Of a stretch of 64,000 nucleotides of DNA, positions 42,085 to 59,559 are shown piece by piece; the first letter of the stretch is position 1; each line of letters starts with the position of its first letter. Under the pieces are notes generated by a model. It saw only the letters and a program-made list of their open reading frames with translations, was not told the origin of the DNA and searched no databases. Made by a program: the position numbers and the translations under genes. Source of the DNA: the human T2T-CHM13v2.0 reference genome, Homo sapiens. The stretch lies in assembly GCF_009914755.1 (NCBI RefSeq), contig NC_060925.1; one strand, given 5' to 3'.

Positions 42085-43780
42085 CCTGTTTATACTCTTA
42101 CTAATTCAACAAATATATAACAGAGTGTCTGTTGGGTTCTAAATACTGGGCTAAAAGATGGGAATATAAAGAAGGAAAAGACACAGTCACAACCTTTCAG
42201 GCTGCTCATGCTGTGGTGGGAGAAACAAATATAACCTTGAGCTCTAAGTGCTCTGGGAAAGAGATAAACATTGTGGGCTGGCAAAACCTGGATGTGGGCG
42301 TGCAATGATGCCTGGCTGGCAAGGACAGGGTGAGAAGTGGGGGCCCGGGATAGGGCAAAGGGTGACAACTGCTAATCAGAAAGTTACTTTAGGAACTGAC
42401 CTGGATGCTGGCCACAAATTGGTGGAGAAGGGTGTTCCAGACCTGTGCAAAAGTACGGCCCCTTTGAGAAGTTGAAGGTTTAGCAGGAGACAGAGCAAGA
42501 ATTGGGTGGGATGGAGGAGAGAGAGTGCTGGGGATGTAAGCAGGGATGGGATCATGTCATTTATGGAGGCAATTGGAGGAAGAGTCTTTTGGTGGACTTT
42601 AAGCTCAACTTGTTAGAAAGACCATTCTCAGTGCAATGTGGAGAATGAATTAGATGGGGGTGAGCCTGGAGGCAGGACTCCATTCAGGATGTAGTGGTGG
42701 GAACCCAGGAGGAGAGTGACAATAGCCTTTAAGGAGGTAATAGAGTGAGTGGAGAATTAACTGAACAAGACAGCTTTGATGTGTTCACCCTCAACAGAGT
42801 TCCGGAAGAAGGTCATCAGGCTCTGCAGACCACCTGCCTTCTGCCCAAGGGCAAGTGCAACAGACATCTAAGACATCTAAATCCTCCCTTCACAGGTCAG
42901 CTAAAGGCATCCTAGTACTAGAGGAATGTTCTGACATCATTTCTCTTATTATTCCTTTGATCCACTTATATCAGAAGACCCAATTTCATGGCAGATTAGA
43001 TTGATCACAGACTGGCAGTTGCCAGCCTGGCCCCTGTCTGTGGCTCTTGATTCAACATGGCAAGGGAGGGCTGGGTCCTGATGACACTTCCTACTGGTCT
43101 CCCTGCTGCCATTCTGGTCCCACCTGCATTCATTCTCCACACTTTAGCCAGAGTGACCTTTTTATAGTGTGAATGTGATCTGATTTCATCCTATCTTTTA
43201 CTTGCCCAAAACCCTTCAATGGCTTCTTTATTGCAATTAGAATAAAATCCAGAATCCCTACCATGGCCTACAAAGCCCTGTACGCTCCGTCTCTGTCCTG
43301 CACTCCTCCCCACTTTCACTATTCTTCAGCCTCATTAGCTTTCTTGTAACAGATGGAAAAGGCCAAACTTACTCCTCCCTCAGGGTGTAGTAATTACTCG
43401 TCCCTAGGCCTGGAATGCTCTTCTTTGTGGATTCACTCTCATTATTCAAGTCTTGGCTCACAGGTCTCAGGTAAAGAGACACCTGTTCTGACGACCCTAG
43501 TTGAGACCAGGGTCTGGGATCGGTGGAGGAAGTGGCAAGTGATAATCAAGAAAGACTTCCTACTATAGGTGCTGTCCTAGAAGTCAGCTCTTTACACTGT
43601 CCCTATTCCATTACTCTGTTTATTTATTTACTTAGCTTTTGGTCAATTCCCACTGCCTCATCCCCTTGAATGTAAGTTCCATGACAGTATAATCATCTGG
43701 CTCTTACCTTATTCATCACTCAGCACTTAGAACAGTGTCTGACCCAAAGTAGGTGCTCAATCAGTATTTGTTAAATGTAT
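42085..43780. mobile_element. Two L2 fragments in opposite orientation (~42085-42760 minus, ~43060-43780 plus)
   Basis: L2 3' end motifs TTCAACAAATAT and TAGGTGCTCAATCAGTATTTGTTAAATG. Confidence 0.6.
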
Positions 43781-43957
43781 GATGCCATGTGAGCACTATA
43801 TCCTATCCCTCCCCTATGGTTATGAAAAGGAAAATTAAAATTAGATTTTCTGAAAACATTTGGGACAACACAATTTAAAATAGGCCAGAGCAAGTTCTGT
43901 ATATAGTAATATGTAAGGTCCTGCTGTAACATTCACAATGTCACCTTCAACCCATGG

Positions 43958-44552
43958 TGTTACTGGAAGGCAGGCCTCGAGTACAAGATGTCCAGGTTTT
44001 TGGCGTTTTTGAACAACGAATTGGACAAAATGCACAAACAAAGTAACACAGGAATGAAACGCAGGAATGAAGCAGAGAAAGCAGGGATTTATTAAAGCAA
44101 GAAAGCACTCCACAAGGTGAGAGTGCACCTGGGCAAGTGGCTCAAGGGCCTGCTTACAAAGTTTCCTGGGTTTTAAGTACTCCTTTTGAGATCTCTATCG
44201 GCTACCCCTTATCTGAATGAAGGCTTTGGTTTGTGGCTAACAAAAGGCTGGGGTGAATTGAATGCAGACGAAGGGATGGCCGGTGCTTAGGGTGGCCAAT
44301 CCAGGACACTTTCCCTTTCCATCTGAGATGTGGTGGATGGCGGGGAGTTGTAGGGAGAGCAGGCTTTGAACCTTTGTTACTAGGCATGGGGAGATGGGGT
44401 TTTTTCTTTTGGTTTAACTTTAGGAAGTTGACACTAATTGGCCTTAGGGTTCCTGCCTTCATACCCAGGTATTTTCCTTTTGATCCAGCTTTGGGAAGTC
44501 AGCACGAATTGGTCTTAGATTCCCTGCCTCCAGACCCTATTCTCCTGCCTCA
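43958..44552 (-). mobile_element. MER51-like ERV1 solo LTR
   Basis: Minus strand starts TGAGGCAGGAGAATAGGGTCTGGAGGCAGGGAA; TG...CA ends; TSD ATGG/ATAG. Confidence 0.82.
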
Positions 44553-44912
44553 ATAGTAGGTTGTATTATTGCTTGGCAAGATTCACTGCCTCCCTGTGGG
44601 GGATCACATGTCCCTGTCCTATTGAATAGTACAAACAATTCTATGGAAATCAATTCAGTAACTTAGATGACATGGACCAATTTCTTGAAAATCACCACAT
44701 CCCCAAAGTTGTGCAAGATAAAATGAAAAGATAACCTGAATAGGATGAAACTATTTTTAAAAATTGAATTTGTGCTTAAAATCTCTAGAAAAAGAATTTC
44801 CAGGCCTAGGTATCTTCACTGTGAATTCTACCAAGAATTTAAAGAATAAAAATCATCAATTTTATATACTCTTTTCCAGGAAATAGAACAAGAGGGAACA
44901 TTGCGCAACTCA

Positions 44913-45207
<295 letters not shown>

Positions 45208-47454
45208 ACCCCCACAAAACCAAACAGCACCAAAAAAAGAGAGAGGAAGGCTTGGAAGAAAGTTTTGAAAAAGTCTGTTTTGCTTGTCTTTCATATTGCC
45301 ATGGAGTAATCACTGCCAATCCTTCACATGTCTGTGGCCTTTTTCTAATACCTGCATTACCAAGCAGAGGAGCCGATAACCCCAAAGGGACACGAGCTCA
45401 CAGGCCAGAATATCCATTCACTGAAGAGTAAGACTACTGTGAAAGAAAGACCACAACCATTATGAGATTGATCATCTGGTACAGAATTATTAGAACAGAA
45501 TTTAAATTAAGCACAATAACTTTATTTAAGGAGGTAAGTAAATTAACAATATAAAAAAGGATTTTTTAAAAATCAAATAAATAAAAATTAATATATTAAC
45601 AGTTTAAAGTAAGAATACAGCAGATAGGGTGAATAAGGGATTTAAATAAGCTAAAGAGTAAGCAAGTGAGTTGGAAGTTCTGATTAAAGAACTCTTTGAG
45701 AACATAAAAAGTAAGAATAAAGAGGAAGAAAACATTTAAAAAGCTAAGGTATTTGGAGGATAGACTATGTATTTCAACATCTAGCTAACAAAAGTCCTGA
45801 AAAGAAAAATAAAAGAGGAGAAAGTGCTTAAATAAAAATAAAGATAAATGTCTCAGAATTAAAGATAAAACAGATCAGATTTAAAGAGTGTATAGAGTGT
45901 GAAACTGGAGATAAAAACATAAATGAACTTCAAGACATATAATGAAGTGTAAGAGTTGCAAAAATAAAAGAAATATTGTTTTTAAAGCTTCTAGAAAGAA
46001 AAAGCAGATCACCTACAAAAGAACAGGAACCGGATTAACATTCGACTTCTCAATGGCAACACTGCATTTGAGAAGATAATGGAATAGTATTTTTAAATAT
46101 GATGGGAACAAATATTTTTAGGTAGTATTTGATATCTGATTAAATTACAATTTCAATGTATGAAAAAAACCACAAAAGTTCCTTGGGCATATGAAATTAC
46201 GGAAGGTTTGCCTTACAAAATCCATTACTGAAAATTTAGAGAACACAAATAAGAGTGACAAGTTCTAGAGATGTGAAAAGTAAGAATGATTAACTACTTG
46301 GAAAAACTTTATTTATATTGTCTTAAATAAAAGGCTATAATTAACAGAGAGAAAAGAGAAAGCCTATCCATAAGAATCCAGAGCCAAAACCTAGACAGAG
46401 CTTGTTTGTGGGGAGGTGAAGCGGGTAGAGAGGAAAGAGTCTAGAGGGATTTGAGAGGGTGCTCAAGTACTTGGATTGTTACACAAAGATGCCATATTGA
46501 CACATTTAAGAAAGGAGGAGGGATAAATAAACAGGACTATGTATCTGAAATCTAAAGTCTGGTTCTTTGAAAATATTAATAAAAGAAATATATCACTAGG
46601 AAGACTGAGAAGTAAAGACAGAATATGAAAAAAAATAAAATGAAAAAGGGAAAATAGCTACAGATGCAGTAGAGATAATAAAACAATGAAAAGTCTTTTG
46701 AAGAATTTTATGCTACTAAATTCTGGAAATCAGATGAAATGAATATATTTCCAAAAATTTATAAAGGGTCAAAACTGGTACAAGAAGAAAGCAAGAGCAT
46801 GGATGGATAATTATTTTAAAAAACTTAGACGTGGTAGTCAAATGTTTCCTATTCCAAAAACAAAGAAACGAAAAGACACAAACAAAACAATAACAATGTG
46901 CCCAGGTGGTTTTAGTGAGGAGTTCTGTCCTGAACAAGTTATTCCACAAAAGAAAAAAAAAAAAAAAGAAGCAAAAAAGAAAAAAGAGTGAAAGATGAAG
47001 CTGTCTAGCTTTTTTTGTTTCTTTTTAGAGTGAGATTAGTGAACATGGATTTCAAAACCCAATAAAGAGGTATACACAAGAAAAAAATATACAGGTCAGT
47101 TTCATTTATGACTGTAGATGTGAAAAGTCTAAACGGATAGTAGCTAACCATATATAACAGTGCATTAACAAATCATATTCAGGAGAGATTTCTCTAAGGA
47201 TTGTAATTAATATATCGAGAAAGAAGCTATTAATATAACTCACCTCATTAGTATACTAACTGATAAAAGTCATATAATAAATTAAATAGGTATTATAAAA
47301 ACCATTTGATAAAGTTTAACAACAAAGCTTATTACAAAAACTCTTAACTTAGAAGAAAATTCTATACCTTGATAAATGTTTTAAACCTCAAATCTAAACA
47401 AACACTATTTGTGTTTATTCAAGATTAGCCAATTATATATTTTCTTTATTTTAG

Positions 47455-47785
<331 letters not shown>

Positions 47786-50700
47786 TAAATAGTTTTTTTT
47801 TTAATTTAAATTTACATTTTAATTTTTATCTAAAGGAAGTTTAAAAAGGAAGATTTAGCAAAGATTATGCAACATGATAATGCTTTAGTTGCATTCCTTT
47901 TGCGAATGCAACTAAAGTCAATGTACCTAATATTACTGTCACTATTTATCATAGTTCAGGAGGTCCTAGGTAATGTGATAAGAAAAGAAAAATAAATAAG
48001 AGGTATAAGAATTAGAAGTATAGAAATAAAATTGCCATTATTTGTAGATGACATAAAACATTTACCTAAAAATATTAACAGAAACAATAGATACTTAGAA
48101 TCAATAAGAGAGTTCAGCAGGATTGCTAGATACTGGATTGATATAAAAAATTAATGGTATTTTTCTACATTGGTAATAACCAACTAGAAAATATATATTT
48201 TTAAGTTAGACAAAAATTATCAGCAATACAAAATGAAATGTTCAGAAATTAGCCAAGAACATATAGAATGTTTGTTATGAATATAAAGGAAAAACTTACA
48301 ACTCTATTAAAAAATAAGGATGATTTGAACAAAGGAAGATGCATTATAGCCCTTCAGAAGGGATGACTGTAGTATTACAAAGATGTCAGTTCTCCCCAAA
48401 TTAATTTATAAATTCATTGTCATTTCAATCTAAATTCAAGTTAAAATTTTTGAGGGGGGGACTTGATAAACTTGATAAACTAAACTTGTTAAACTAAGAT
48501 GCCTTTGGAAAAATAAAGGTCACCAATTAGGTAAGTCAACCTCGAAATGAAAACTAAGGAAAACTGTTTTACCATATATTAATGTATTAAGTTATAGCTA
48601 TAAAAGCACAATGTGGTATTTATGGAATACCATATGGAAAAACAGACCTGAGAGTAGAATAGGGAGTTCAGAGGTCAAACAGAGATCCATGTACTTATGG
48701 GAACTTAATATACAATGAGGCACCACAAACCAATACAGAACAGATGGATTATTTAATAAATGATGTTAGGAGAACTGGTTCACTATAGAAAGAAAAATGA
48801 AACTGTATCCTCAACTAATACCAATATAAAATAGGCTAAATATAGAGAAATAAATCTAGAAAGTTAATAGCGGAACATATTGAAGAAAACCTTTTGGCTG
48901 AAAAGCAAAGAAAGACTTCTTAAGAAAGGTTTCAAAAGCTCAAATAATAATAGCTAATATTTAGTACAGGAACCCGGTGGAAAATTGACAAACTATATGA
49001 GCAGGAAATTTAGAGGAAAATAACACTCAAAGGACTAAAAAACATATGAAGAGATGTTTAAACTCAAACTAATGATTAAAGACATTCAACTAGAAAAATG
49101 AGATATAAATTATCTCTATGAGATTATCAAAAATGACAAAGCCAGGCCATGTCAAGGCATTTGGAATGATGCATGTCGTTAGGAAATAGGAGCTTCTGTG
49201 CACTGTTGGAGGGAGTGTAGACTAGTACAGCCATGTGGGAGGGCAGTACATGGTTAAACTATGTAAACACATCCCCTATGACCCAGCAATTCCTCTTCTG
49301 GGCATATATTCCAGAAGGCATTACCTTAGTGATCCATAAGTGGACATGTACAAAGTATTTACTGCAGCACCATTTGTGGTGGTGGGAGGTTGGAGACAAT
49401 CTGATGTCCATTTTTGGGAGAATGGAGAGGTAAAATAAGATGGGTGCCCACCATGCAGTATTTTGCAACAATTAGAAGCAAAAGACTATATAGATGCATG
49501 ACAACACGGATGGGTCTGAAAAACAGTGCTGAGCAAAAACTATGAGAATAGGGAATGAATTATGTAACCCAATACCGCTTACATATATTTAAAATATTTA
49601 TACTCAAAGTAATTTTACAAGAACACATTTTTCAAAAATACATACAAACAAAAGGACACAAATTTAATGTATCAAATGCCTGCCTATGGAAGGTGGAAGA
49701 AGAGAAGAGGGTAAAAGGAAATAAATGAGTAAAAACAGACTGGGACCTTGCTGGAGATTGACATGGGTGGTATGTGAAAAACTGTGCAGTGTGATTAATT
49801 GAAACCTCTGATCTGACACCTATCCTTCTATTAATTTTGGACATGCATGGAAATGGTTTGTTCAAATGGGATAATTAGTGCCCTACCTCCTTCTCCACAG
49901 CCAGGTCCCAAAGAAAGAAGGTAGACTTCTCCTTTTAGGGGTTTGTTTGTCTTATAATAAAGCAAGAACTCAAGCTGTTTCTAAATAGTGGAGCAGAGAG
50001 AAGCCCTATCACCTCTGCACTTTGGTGAAAAGGATTTGTGGCATATCTGAGGATAGATAGCCGTGGATAGTGATCATGAGGCTTTCCTTTCTAACTAGAA
50101 TATCTATCTGATAAGTATGTGAATTTCCATGATCTGCCATCTATTGTTCCAGAGTGTGGTGTTTGCCAATCTTCATTAATTTTCACAACCTCAAAAGCTG
50201 AAGCTTGTGTTAGAGTAGACTCCAAAGTTTTCTTAAAAAGCCCCACAGAACAGCTCAGCCTGGATGTGGAAGGGCAGGGACAGGAGCAAAGGTAATAAAA
50301 GAAAACTTCTTATTATCCATCTCTGGGTACCTCTGCAAATGATTGTCTTTACTTAACCTCAAGGTCAAGACAACCTATTTTATAGTGCTCACTGTCTCTT
50401 AGGACAAGCTTTAGTGAGAACCTTGTTTGCTTTTTATAGTATTAAAAGAGACAATGAAACTGCCTCTCAGACAATCATTTCACCAAGTCCTGGCTGCTCT
50501 GTGGGGAATATTTGTTTCCTCATTTATATTCATATCTCTAAAAGACAAGTAGACCTTGGATGAAATTTCAGGCGACAGTAAATTATAAATAATGTATCCA
50601 TATTTTTTCTCTTCCATACTACTTGTACTTAATTCCCTCCAGAGTCTTGTGCAAACACCAGAGACAAGAGGACAGGAAGCTATTAACATGAAGGAAAGAA

Positions 50701-53229
50701 TGAAATGGACTTATGTTATGTGGCAGAAACACAACAAGGGAAGACATCTTGATCAAAGGAGGTTTTTGAGGGTTTGTGAGTGCCAGTTCTTTTCTTTTCT
50801 TCTCTTTTTTAGTTTTATTATTACTTTTTGACATCTTAACTCTTTTCCAGGCCATCAGGTAGGCATCTTGCTTACAATGAACCTCTTATGGTCCACTTGG
50901 GACAAGGTGAGGGTTTATCCGTGGATAAAGGCAACTTTGGGCCAAACTTTAAGCTCTCTTGTTCCATCAGAGAAGGCATAGAAAACACTCAGAATGATGA
51001 GCTGAGATCAACCCATCCTAAGAGTAGGATACTGCTAAGTGGGAAAGTCAGGTACTGTCAATGAAGTTGGAAAGGATGCTAATTGCTAAAAAGAAATTAG
51101 CCTCTAAATCCATTAGCCCTGGCTTGCGATCACCTGGGAGGCTTCCAGTGTTTCTCAGACTTCTTGCTCAGCAAGAGTAATTCATGTCTGTGGGGTCCTG
51201 ACTGGCAGCACTCCAGTCTTGCATATAAGTGAAGATACACTGCTCTTCAATTTTGCTTTTCCTTATTGGTAATGTCCCCAATCCCACCTCACCAAGTTTG
51301 TAAGCTGATACCCTTGTATTCTTTTCCTCCTTAATAAAATTTGCTCTTGGGCAGGGGTAGAAAACTTTGGGGTAGAGAGGTGGCACAGGCAACGAGAGCT
51401 CATTAATATTACCATGCAAATGACTATGTAGCCTAGTGGAATTTATTCAGGGAAATTTGCATTGAGGTGGCTGACAGAGCCTGAAATTAGAGGGAATTTG
51501 GGCATCACATCATACTCTTGAAGGTTATACCTCTTTGCCTGTCTTATCCCTACAAGGGGTATTAAAAATCGCCTTAGGCTTTATTTTATCAGAGACCCCT
51601 CTTCTGTGCTCTGCAGCTGAGATTTGACTATTCAATTTAACCAGTGTCTATTATGTCTGGTATGTGCCAGGCTTTGTGCAAGATACTTTCACATGCATTA
51701 TTTCTGCCCAAGAATCTTTCATTCTGCAACCAGTCATTTCAGTGGGTTCTGATAAATCTCCAAGACAAAGCCAGCAGAGTTTGGTATACATGAGTGACTT
51801 ACATTTAAATTTGAGCTTTCCAGTAAAACTGCGAAAGCTTCCAAACACAGACATATCTTTACCATGTACCACAGAAGTAATAATACAAACTCTACATGGA
51901 ACACCTCAGTCAGTAGCTACACTCACCGCATGGGAAATTGGGCTCTTCTGTTTTCCCCTTTCTGAGCTGGTATTGGTCATGCCCCAAGAGCCTGGTGTCA
52001 ACTGGAGTCTTGTAAACACAAACAAACAACCTAAATACATCCTGATAGTCCCCTGCACTGTCCACCAAATGAAGCCATTATTCTGCCTCCTCTCCAGATT
52101 TCCATGTGTGTTGTTAATCTTCTGCTTATTTGATCCTACTGAGGCCCCAGGTGGATTTGGGATCCCAGATCCAAAAAACTGTACACTGCTTGGCGCAGCT
52201 GCATCTAAGAGAGGGCAGTGAGGGGCACAGAAGCTGGTTTGCTTTTACAGCCCAGGTGGGTCTGGAGTGAGGCACAGCTGTAAGATGCCACAGAGACTTG
52301 AGGCACATTGTCATACTGCTCACAACTGCTAGCTGTGGCATCATCAGTGTGGGAATTAAAAGCCCATACTACACTGAGCAAACATTGAAACCCATGCATT
52401 TTGGGGATAAAATGATTAATTTAGACCTAATAAATATGCAAATTGGGAGCTCAGTTTAAGTGTCTGTCATCTGTGTCCTTTTTATAGAAAAGAAATTCTT
52501 AATTCAATGGAAAGCTCCAACCCGTGGGTCTTTAAGTGGTAGCGTGGAAAAGAGGACCATGGAGCCCTCTTTAATTAACCTGCGAATGTGCAGGGAAGGG
52601 CTTAACAAGAAGAGGGTAGCACCTTAGTTCTGAGATCAGACACCTTTGCAAGAGCATGGAGGGGGAGCATAATTGACTCCAGCCCCATAAAAGAGATCAA
52701 GTGTCTTCTAAGTTCCACTTGGTAAAGATACATCTTGGATTCATGTCTGTTTGTGTACCCAAGGTTTATTTTTATTTTTTAATTAAAACACTTGTTTCTC
52801 TGATTAATGTGCTCATTTAAGATACTTTGTGATGTATTGAAAAGTGTAAAAAAAGAAGGGAGAAGAGGACTCGTTCACAATCTCCGCACTCTATAGAACC
52901 ACTGGGGATATTTTGTCATATCTGATCAGTGTCTTGCTTTGTCATTTAGAACGAGTGCAGTGGGGGAGACACCTGGTGGGGCTGGGGGACTTTCTCTCAC
53001 CTCTCTGGGGATGGAGGAAGAGGCTCTGAGGCATGGACGGGAATCCAGTCATTCTGGTGCTCTGACATGGCAGGCAGGATGTGGCTGAGTATATGGGACA
53101 TGCTCAGGTTTGCCTCACATGTATGCACCCACACCCCCATAATGTGGGCCAGGGAGAGAATTCAAAGTCGGGGCTGGGCAGCCTTACATTATGGACTGTA
53201 GAGAGGCACAGTGGGAGGTGGTAGAGAGA

Positions 53230-53760
53230 AACATTAGTAACACAGACCCCAGAGCTGAAACATCTGGCGTCAAATTCCAGCTCCCTTACTTAAGAGCTAT
53301 GGGATCTCGGGTGAGTTACCTCACCTCTCTGTGGCCCAATTTCCTCATTTGTAAAAAATAGAGATGATAGTGCATACCACATAGGCTGTTGTGAGGATTA
53401 CATTAGGTAATACATGTAATGCAGTTAAACAGTACTTGGCAAGTAACTCTCAAAAGTCAGATATTAGGTTATTTCCTGTTATAGAGATTAGGAATTTTTT
53501 TTATCCTTTAGCAGCGTTTTTCAAGTATCTTCTGCTGACTTAAGGAGGGAAGGCAGCCGGAACAGCTGCATTTAGAAGTAGAAGACCTGGGTTCAAGGTC
53601 TGACTCAGCTATTTACTAGCCATATAAGTCTTTGGTTTCTGTGCCCCTTGGTTTCATCACCTGTGGAATGGGGATCATAGGCCTTCCTGACCAGTTGTTA
53701 TATAAGAACTGAGTGAGATCATAGGAATGCAAAAGTCCTTTGTGTATGGAAAAGAGCTGC
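53230..53760 (+). mobile_element. Two MIR copies
   Basis: CCTCTCTGTGGCCCAATTTCCTCATTTGTAAAA and GACCTGGGTTCAAGGTCTGACTC. Confidence 0.7.
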
Positions 53761-53897
53761 AGGTTTAATGTTGAGGGTTTACTACTGCTGCTTTTACTAA
53801 GTGAGTCTCTGATTACAGGTAGCAGAGGAAGGAGGAAGAGAAAGATAAACTTTGCTGGAAAACCACTTGCAGAAAACCTGAACTGGAAGGAACCTGA

Positions 53898-54210
53898 TTT
53901 TTTAAATTTTTATTTATTTTTTTTTTTTTGAGACGGAGTCTCACTTTTTCACCCAGGCTGGAGTACAGTGGCACGATCTCAGCTCACTGCAACCTCTGCT
54001 TCCTAGGTTCAAGTGATTCTCTTGCCTCAGCCTCCTGAGTAGCTGGGATTACAGGCACACACCACCATGCCCAACTAATTTTTGTATTTTCAGTAGAGAC
54101 AGGGTTTTATCATGTTGGACAGGCTGGTCTCAAACTCCTGACCTCAGGTAATCTGCCCATCTAGGCCCCCGAAGTGCTGGGATTATAGGTGTGAGTCACC
54201 GCACCCAGCC
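53898..54210 (-). mobile_element. AluSx-like
   Basis: Reverse dimer; GAACCTGAT TSD. Confidence 0.92.
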
Positions 54211-54436
54211 AGAACCTGATGTCTTTACTTGGTGCATTTAATTGGTCCGGGTGGATCAGGGAGTTGTACTGCTGGTTCCTGCGGTTACCTTGTTAGTGAG
54301 AGGTTTCCTGGTAGGGGCTTGGACAGGGGAAAAGAAGGAGGAGGCAACTGAGCTTTTTTGATAAACTGCTCCCAGGGCAAGTCTCAGCAGAGGCTGCTGA
54401 TGAGCCAAACATCAGGAAGTGGAGAAGAAGGCATCA

Positions 54437-54733
<297 letters not shown>

Positions 54734-55335
54734 TTACTGCACCAATAAGCAGAGAGGAGAGCTCCCATGTGAGATTTAGGCCAGCTCCTATCTCAGGAAT
54801 GCACATTGGGATAAATTTAGGTACCTGCATTATTGAATCTAGAAGTCTTCAGATTGCACTGTACTTGCTTGAGAGCAGAGAAAGAGCTGAGGAAGTGGGA
54901 TCTAAGGCCTCCTTACTTCTATCAAGCAGACTAACTCTGCTGAAATGTATTCTGTGCTTTTGGTTTCTGCATATGATTTCCCTTTAAAAAGAGGTTGCTT
55001 CACTAACAAAAACTTGAAAATCAGTGTTCTGGATGAACTGTTTCAACTGATGAAATAAAACAAAAATTTGTTGTTTCTTTACTGTAGGCTACACAGATAT
55101 CACCTTTATAATGCTTATCAAGAGGCATAAAAGCCTATTGAATTTGGTATCCAGCTCATGTTTGCTCAGCCCTGTTGTTGAAAAACTATTCCAATATCAT
55201 GTACTTGGGAGTTTCCAATGTGCTTTGTGTCATTGTATTGGAAGCACCAGCACAACCCAGTGAAGTTGCAGGGGTAGAGACCTTCATTAGCTAGAGAAGA
55301 AAGCAAGCCTTGAGGAGGTTTAGTCCTTTGCCTCA

Positions 55336-55758
<423 letters not shown>

Positions 55759-56308
55759 TCAGGTATGGGTATCTGTTGCCCACCTCTTTGGTCTCAGGAT
55801 TGCTCACATGCTGACCCCTGCTCTGGCTTGGAAAGGAGCATAAAGGGTGCTCCTGGGTCAGATGATAATCATTCAGTGCCACGATCATTCTTGCAGCTAC
55901 TTCCCCTTCCCTTACAGGGCCTCTAGGCTTGGGTGTGACATCTTCCACACTGACCTTCTATGCCTGAGATCTGGACCCTGATAAACTCTCATGTCTGCTT
56001 GTTCACTCGTGAACTTACGTTTCCACATATTACCTATGTCTACTTTCTCCTATTCATCACTCTACTCAGCAGCTCTTTCCTAGATATCTAGCCTTTTAAT
56101 ATCCATCAGACTTTTCTGGGGCAGATGCATTCCGAGTACAGACCTCTCTTGACCTGGTTCTTCTGCTGTCACCCAGGGTGAGAGCAGAAAACAGACATGT
56201 CTCTGCTGGCCAAAAGTTGCAGCTTAGTTTCACTGAATTTGGGCTGTAGTCAGTCCAAATAAGAACAGCTCATAGCTGCCCTGTCCAAAGCCTGTAAGTG
56301 ATAATCTA

Positions 56309-56563
<255 letters not shown>

Positions 56564-56609
56564 CTACTCAGTTTAGGAAAGATCTACCAAATCCAAAGGT
56601 ATTTCACAT

Positions 56610-57410
56610 GGATTTACTACTAGAGAATTTTGGAAAAAAATCTTTCATAGGTTATCTAGCTTAGTATCTTACTCTTTGCAAGGATTCCCCTCTCATCTCA
56701 TATCATAATTGAAAAAAAGTGTTCTTTATGTGCAGGTCAAATTGTCTTCTCTATAACTTCTATTCGTGTCTCTGGAGTTATTAAGGATAAATCTAGTCTT
56801 TTGTGTACATGACCCCTTCCTCTCCACCACCCTTCCTAATCAAGTTCTCTCTCCACTAGACTGAGAAAATTCAGCCCCCACTTCCCATCACATTTATGTG
56901 ACAATTTTAAAACCTTCACAGTCCTATCTACTTTTCTCTGAACACGTAACAGTTTATCAATGTCCCTGCTAAAGTCCAAAACTCAGAGAACTGAGAATAA
57001 TGGAGAGGTACTGACCAATGAAATAAACAGGGTCAGTCTGTGCTTGTGCCACTTATATTAATTAGTAAGGTTTTGGGAATGCCATGTGATATTGTTATCA
57101 CATGCCAAGATTATTGCTAATCAAAGATCTTCTTTGTAACCACTCCCCCTACCTCTCAATCCAATTTTGTTAGTTGATTTTTTATACCCATGGACAGAGC
57201 TTTGCATTTATTTCTATTGCATTTTGCCTCGTTGATTGAGTTTTGGGCCACTGTTTCAGTTGATTAAAATATTTTTGAACTTGGATTCTATTGATCACAA
57301 TTTTGTTTTATACACAAATTTGGTAAGCATGTCTTCTCTGAATTCATTCAAGCTGTTGATAAAACTGTTCATTAGTTCAGGGCCAACTCCTCTGTTGGGC
57401 AATTAGAATA
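56610..57410 (-). mobile_element. L3/CR1-like ancient LINE fragment
   Basis: CTTTGCATTTATTTCTATTGCATTTT and CACAAATTTGGTAAGCATG-type motifs. Confidence 0.5.
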
Positions 57411-59088
57411 CTTGGAAATTATTTAATATTTAACAGTTTACTAGGCACATTTTCAGAATAGGTAGGGCTTTGAGATTTCAAGTTTCTTGTGGTCTAAAGG
57501 CATACAAACAAGTTAAAATTCAAACTAATGCTTAAGCTTTGGAAGAGCATGTATAAGGATATCATCTTTTTAATGTCCCCCTTTGCACATCATGCCATTG
57601 ATTAATGCTCCAGCCATACCAAACTATGGTAGTTCTTCAGACTTCTTACACTCTCACATCTCTGCAAATGCCCACAGTCTGCTCTTTTTCTTGAAATTCC
57701 CTTTCTTCTCCTTTTCTTCTTTCACTTTATCTAAGACTTTTCTTCTTTCTTTCCCTCCACACCTTGACCCTATTCATAGTAGCCCACTGGACATGGCCCA
57801 TGGTGTTCTGTGCATGTCTATAGCATACACTGCTCACATCAAGTTGTAACTATTTACTTCTCTGCAACATCATTAGAAGTGAGTTCCATAAAGATGAGAG
57901 CTCAATTTTTGTTTCTGAATCCTTATAGCCTTATAGAGTGTGTGGCACATGGGAGGGCATCAAAAGTATTTGTGGAATGAATGGAAGTTCATTGCTCTGT
58001 TAGAGCTGTGTGTTTAGTGTCTGTGAGCAGATGTGTCTGACTGCCTTCAGGGAAGCTTTGACAGAAGAGATAGGGTTGAAACCACGACTTGAAGGATGGG
58101 TTTTCTAGGCAGGCAAATGGGGGAGTTTCCTGGTGAAAGAAATAGCATGTGCAAATGCATGGAGGCTTGAGAAAGCATGGTGATAATTAAAAAATGCGGG
58201 ATCATGTTATGAAAGGAGGGGTGACAGGAATTGAGATGGATTGTGCATGCTCACAGAGGGGTTAGGACATACCCATAGTAATGCTATCCCTTCTTCATGG
58301 AGGGTCATTCATTCAGCTACAGTCCCAGCTACCTCCAAATATGACCTTTCATGTATTTTTCCATGTTAACTAAGGACTAAGTGATAAGTGGGGTTTTCTG
58401 ATGCCTTGCTGAAATACAAATGTACTAGCAGGTTTGCCAATGAAAACAAAGACATAAAGTAGTTTCGATAAAACTTATTCTTGGTGAATCTGTGCTGCTA
58501 TATGGTAATCACTAATTCCTTTTCCAAGTTGTTTAATTGTCTGTTTTAGTTTTTACCTTCCTAAGCTTTGACAATAAGTTTACTTCTTTGCAGCTCACAG
58601 AATTAGCTTTCTCTGTCATTTTTGAAAACCAAGACATCTGCCTGCCTTCTGTCTTCTGGTATCTTTGTTCTCTGGATTCCTGAATATAACCCAAAACAAT
58701 TCTGTGATCACATGTTTGATGAAGGCAGGGAAATAACTTCCCTAAGCCTAGAGACTTGGAGGACTCAACTCTATTTTGCTTTGGGCTTCTCTGTTCTGTT
58801 CAACTTCAAATGGTGTAAGGTGAACAAGCATGATACAGAAGACAGTGAACTTCAAGATTTCGTGTTAGTTAAACCTGTTGGGCTGGATATGAATAGAGAA
58901 GACAAAAACACGGAAGAGTTTAGCAGTCCTGAATCTTTTGTCACCTGTTAGCCTGTACTCTCTGTTTCAAACTTGGTCCTATATCTTCAGTGTTTTTCTT
59001 GCTCTGCGAATATTTAGAAAAGCCTGCTTTCTTGTTTGTAGCATTTTGGGGGCAAGTCTTAGCTCTGTTCTGAGTTTCATCTTCCTAG

Positions 59089-59559
<471 letters not shown>

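Noticed and set aside
51664-52221. 185 aa antisense ORF
   Set aside because: Non-ATG start, begins in MIR-like sequence, no recognisable motif.
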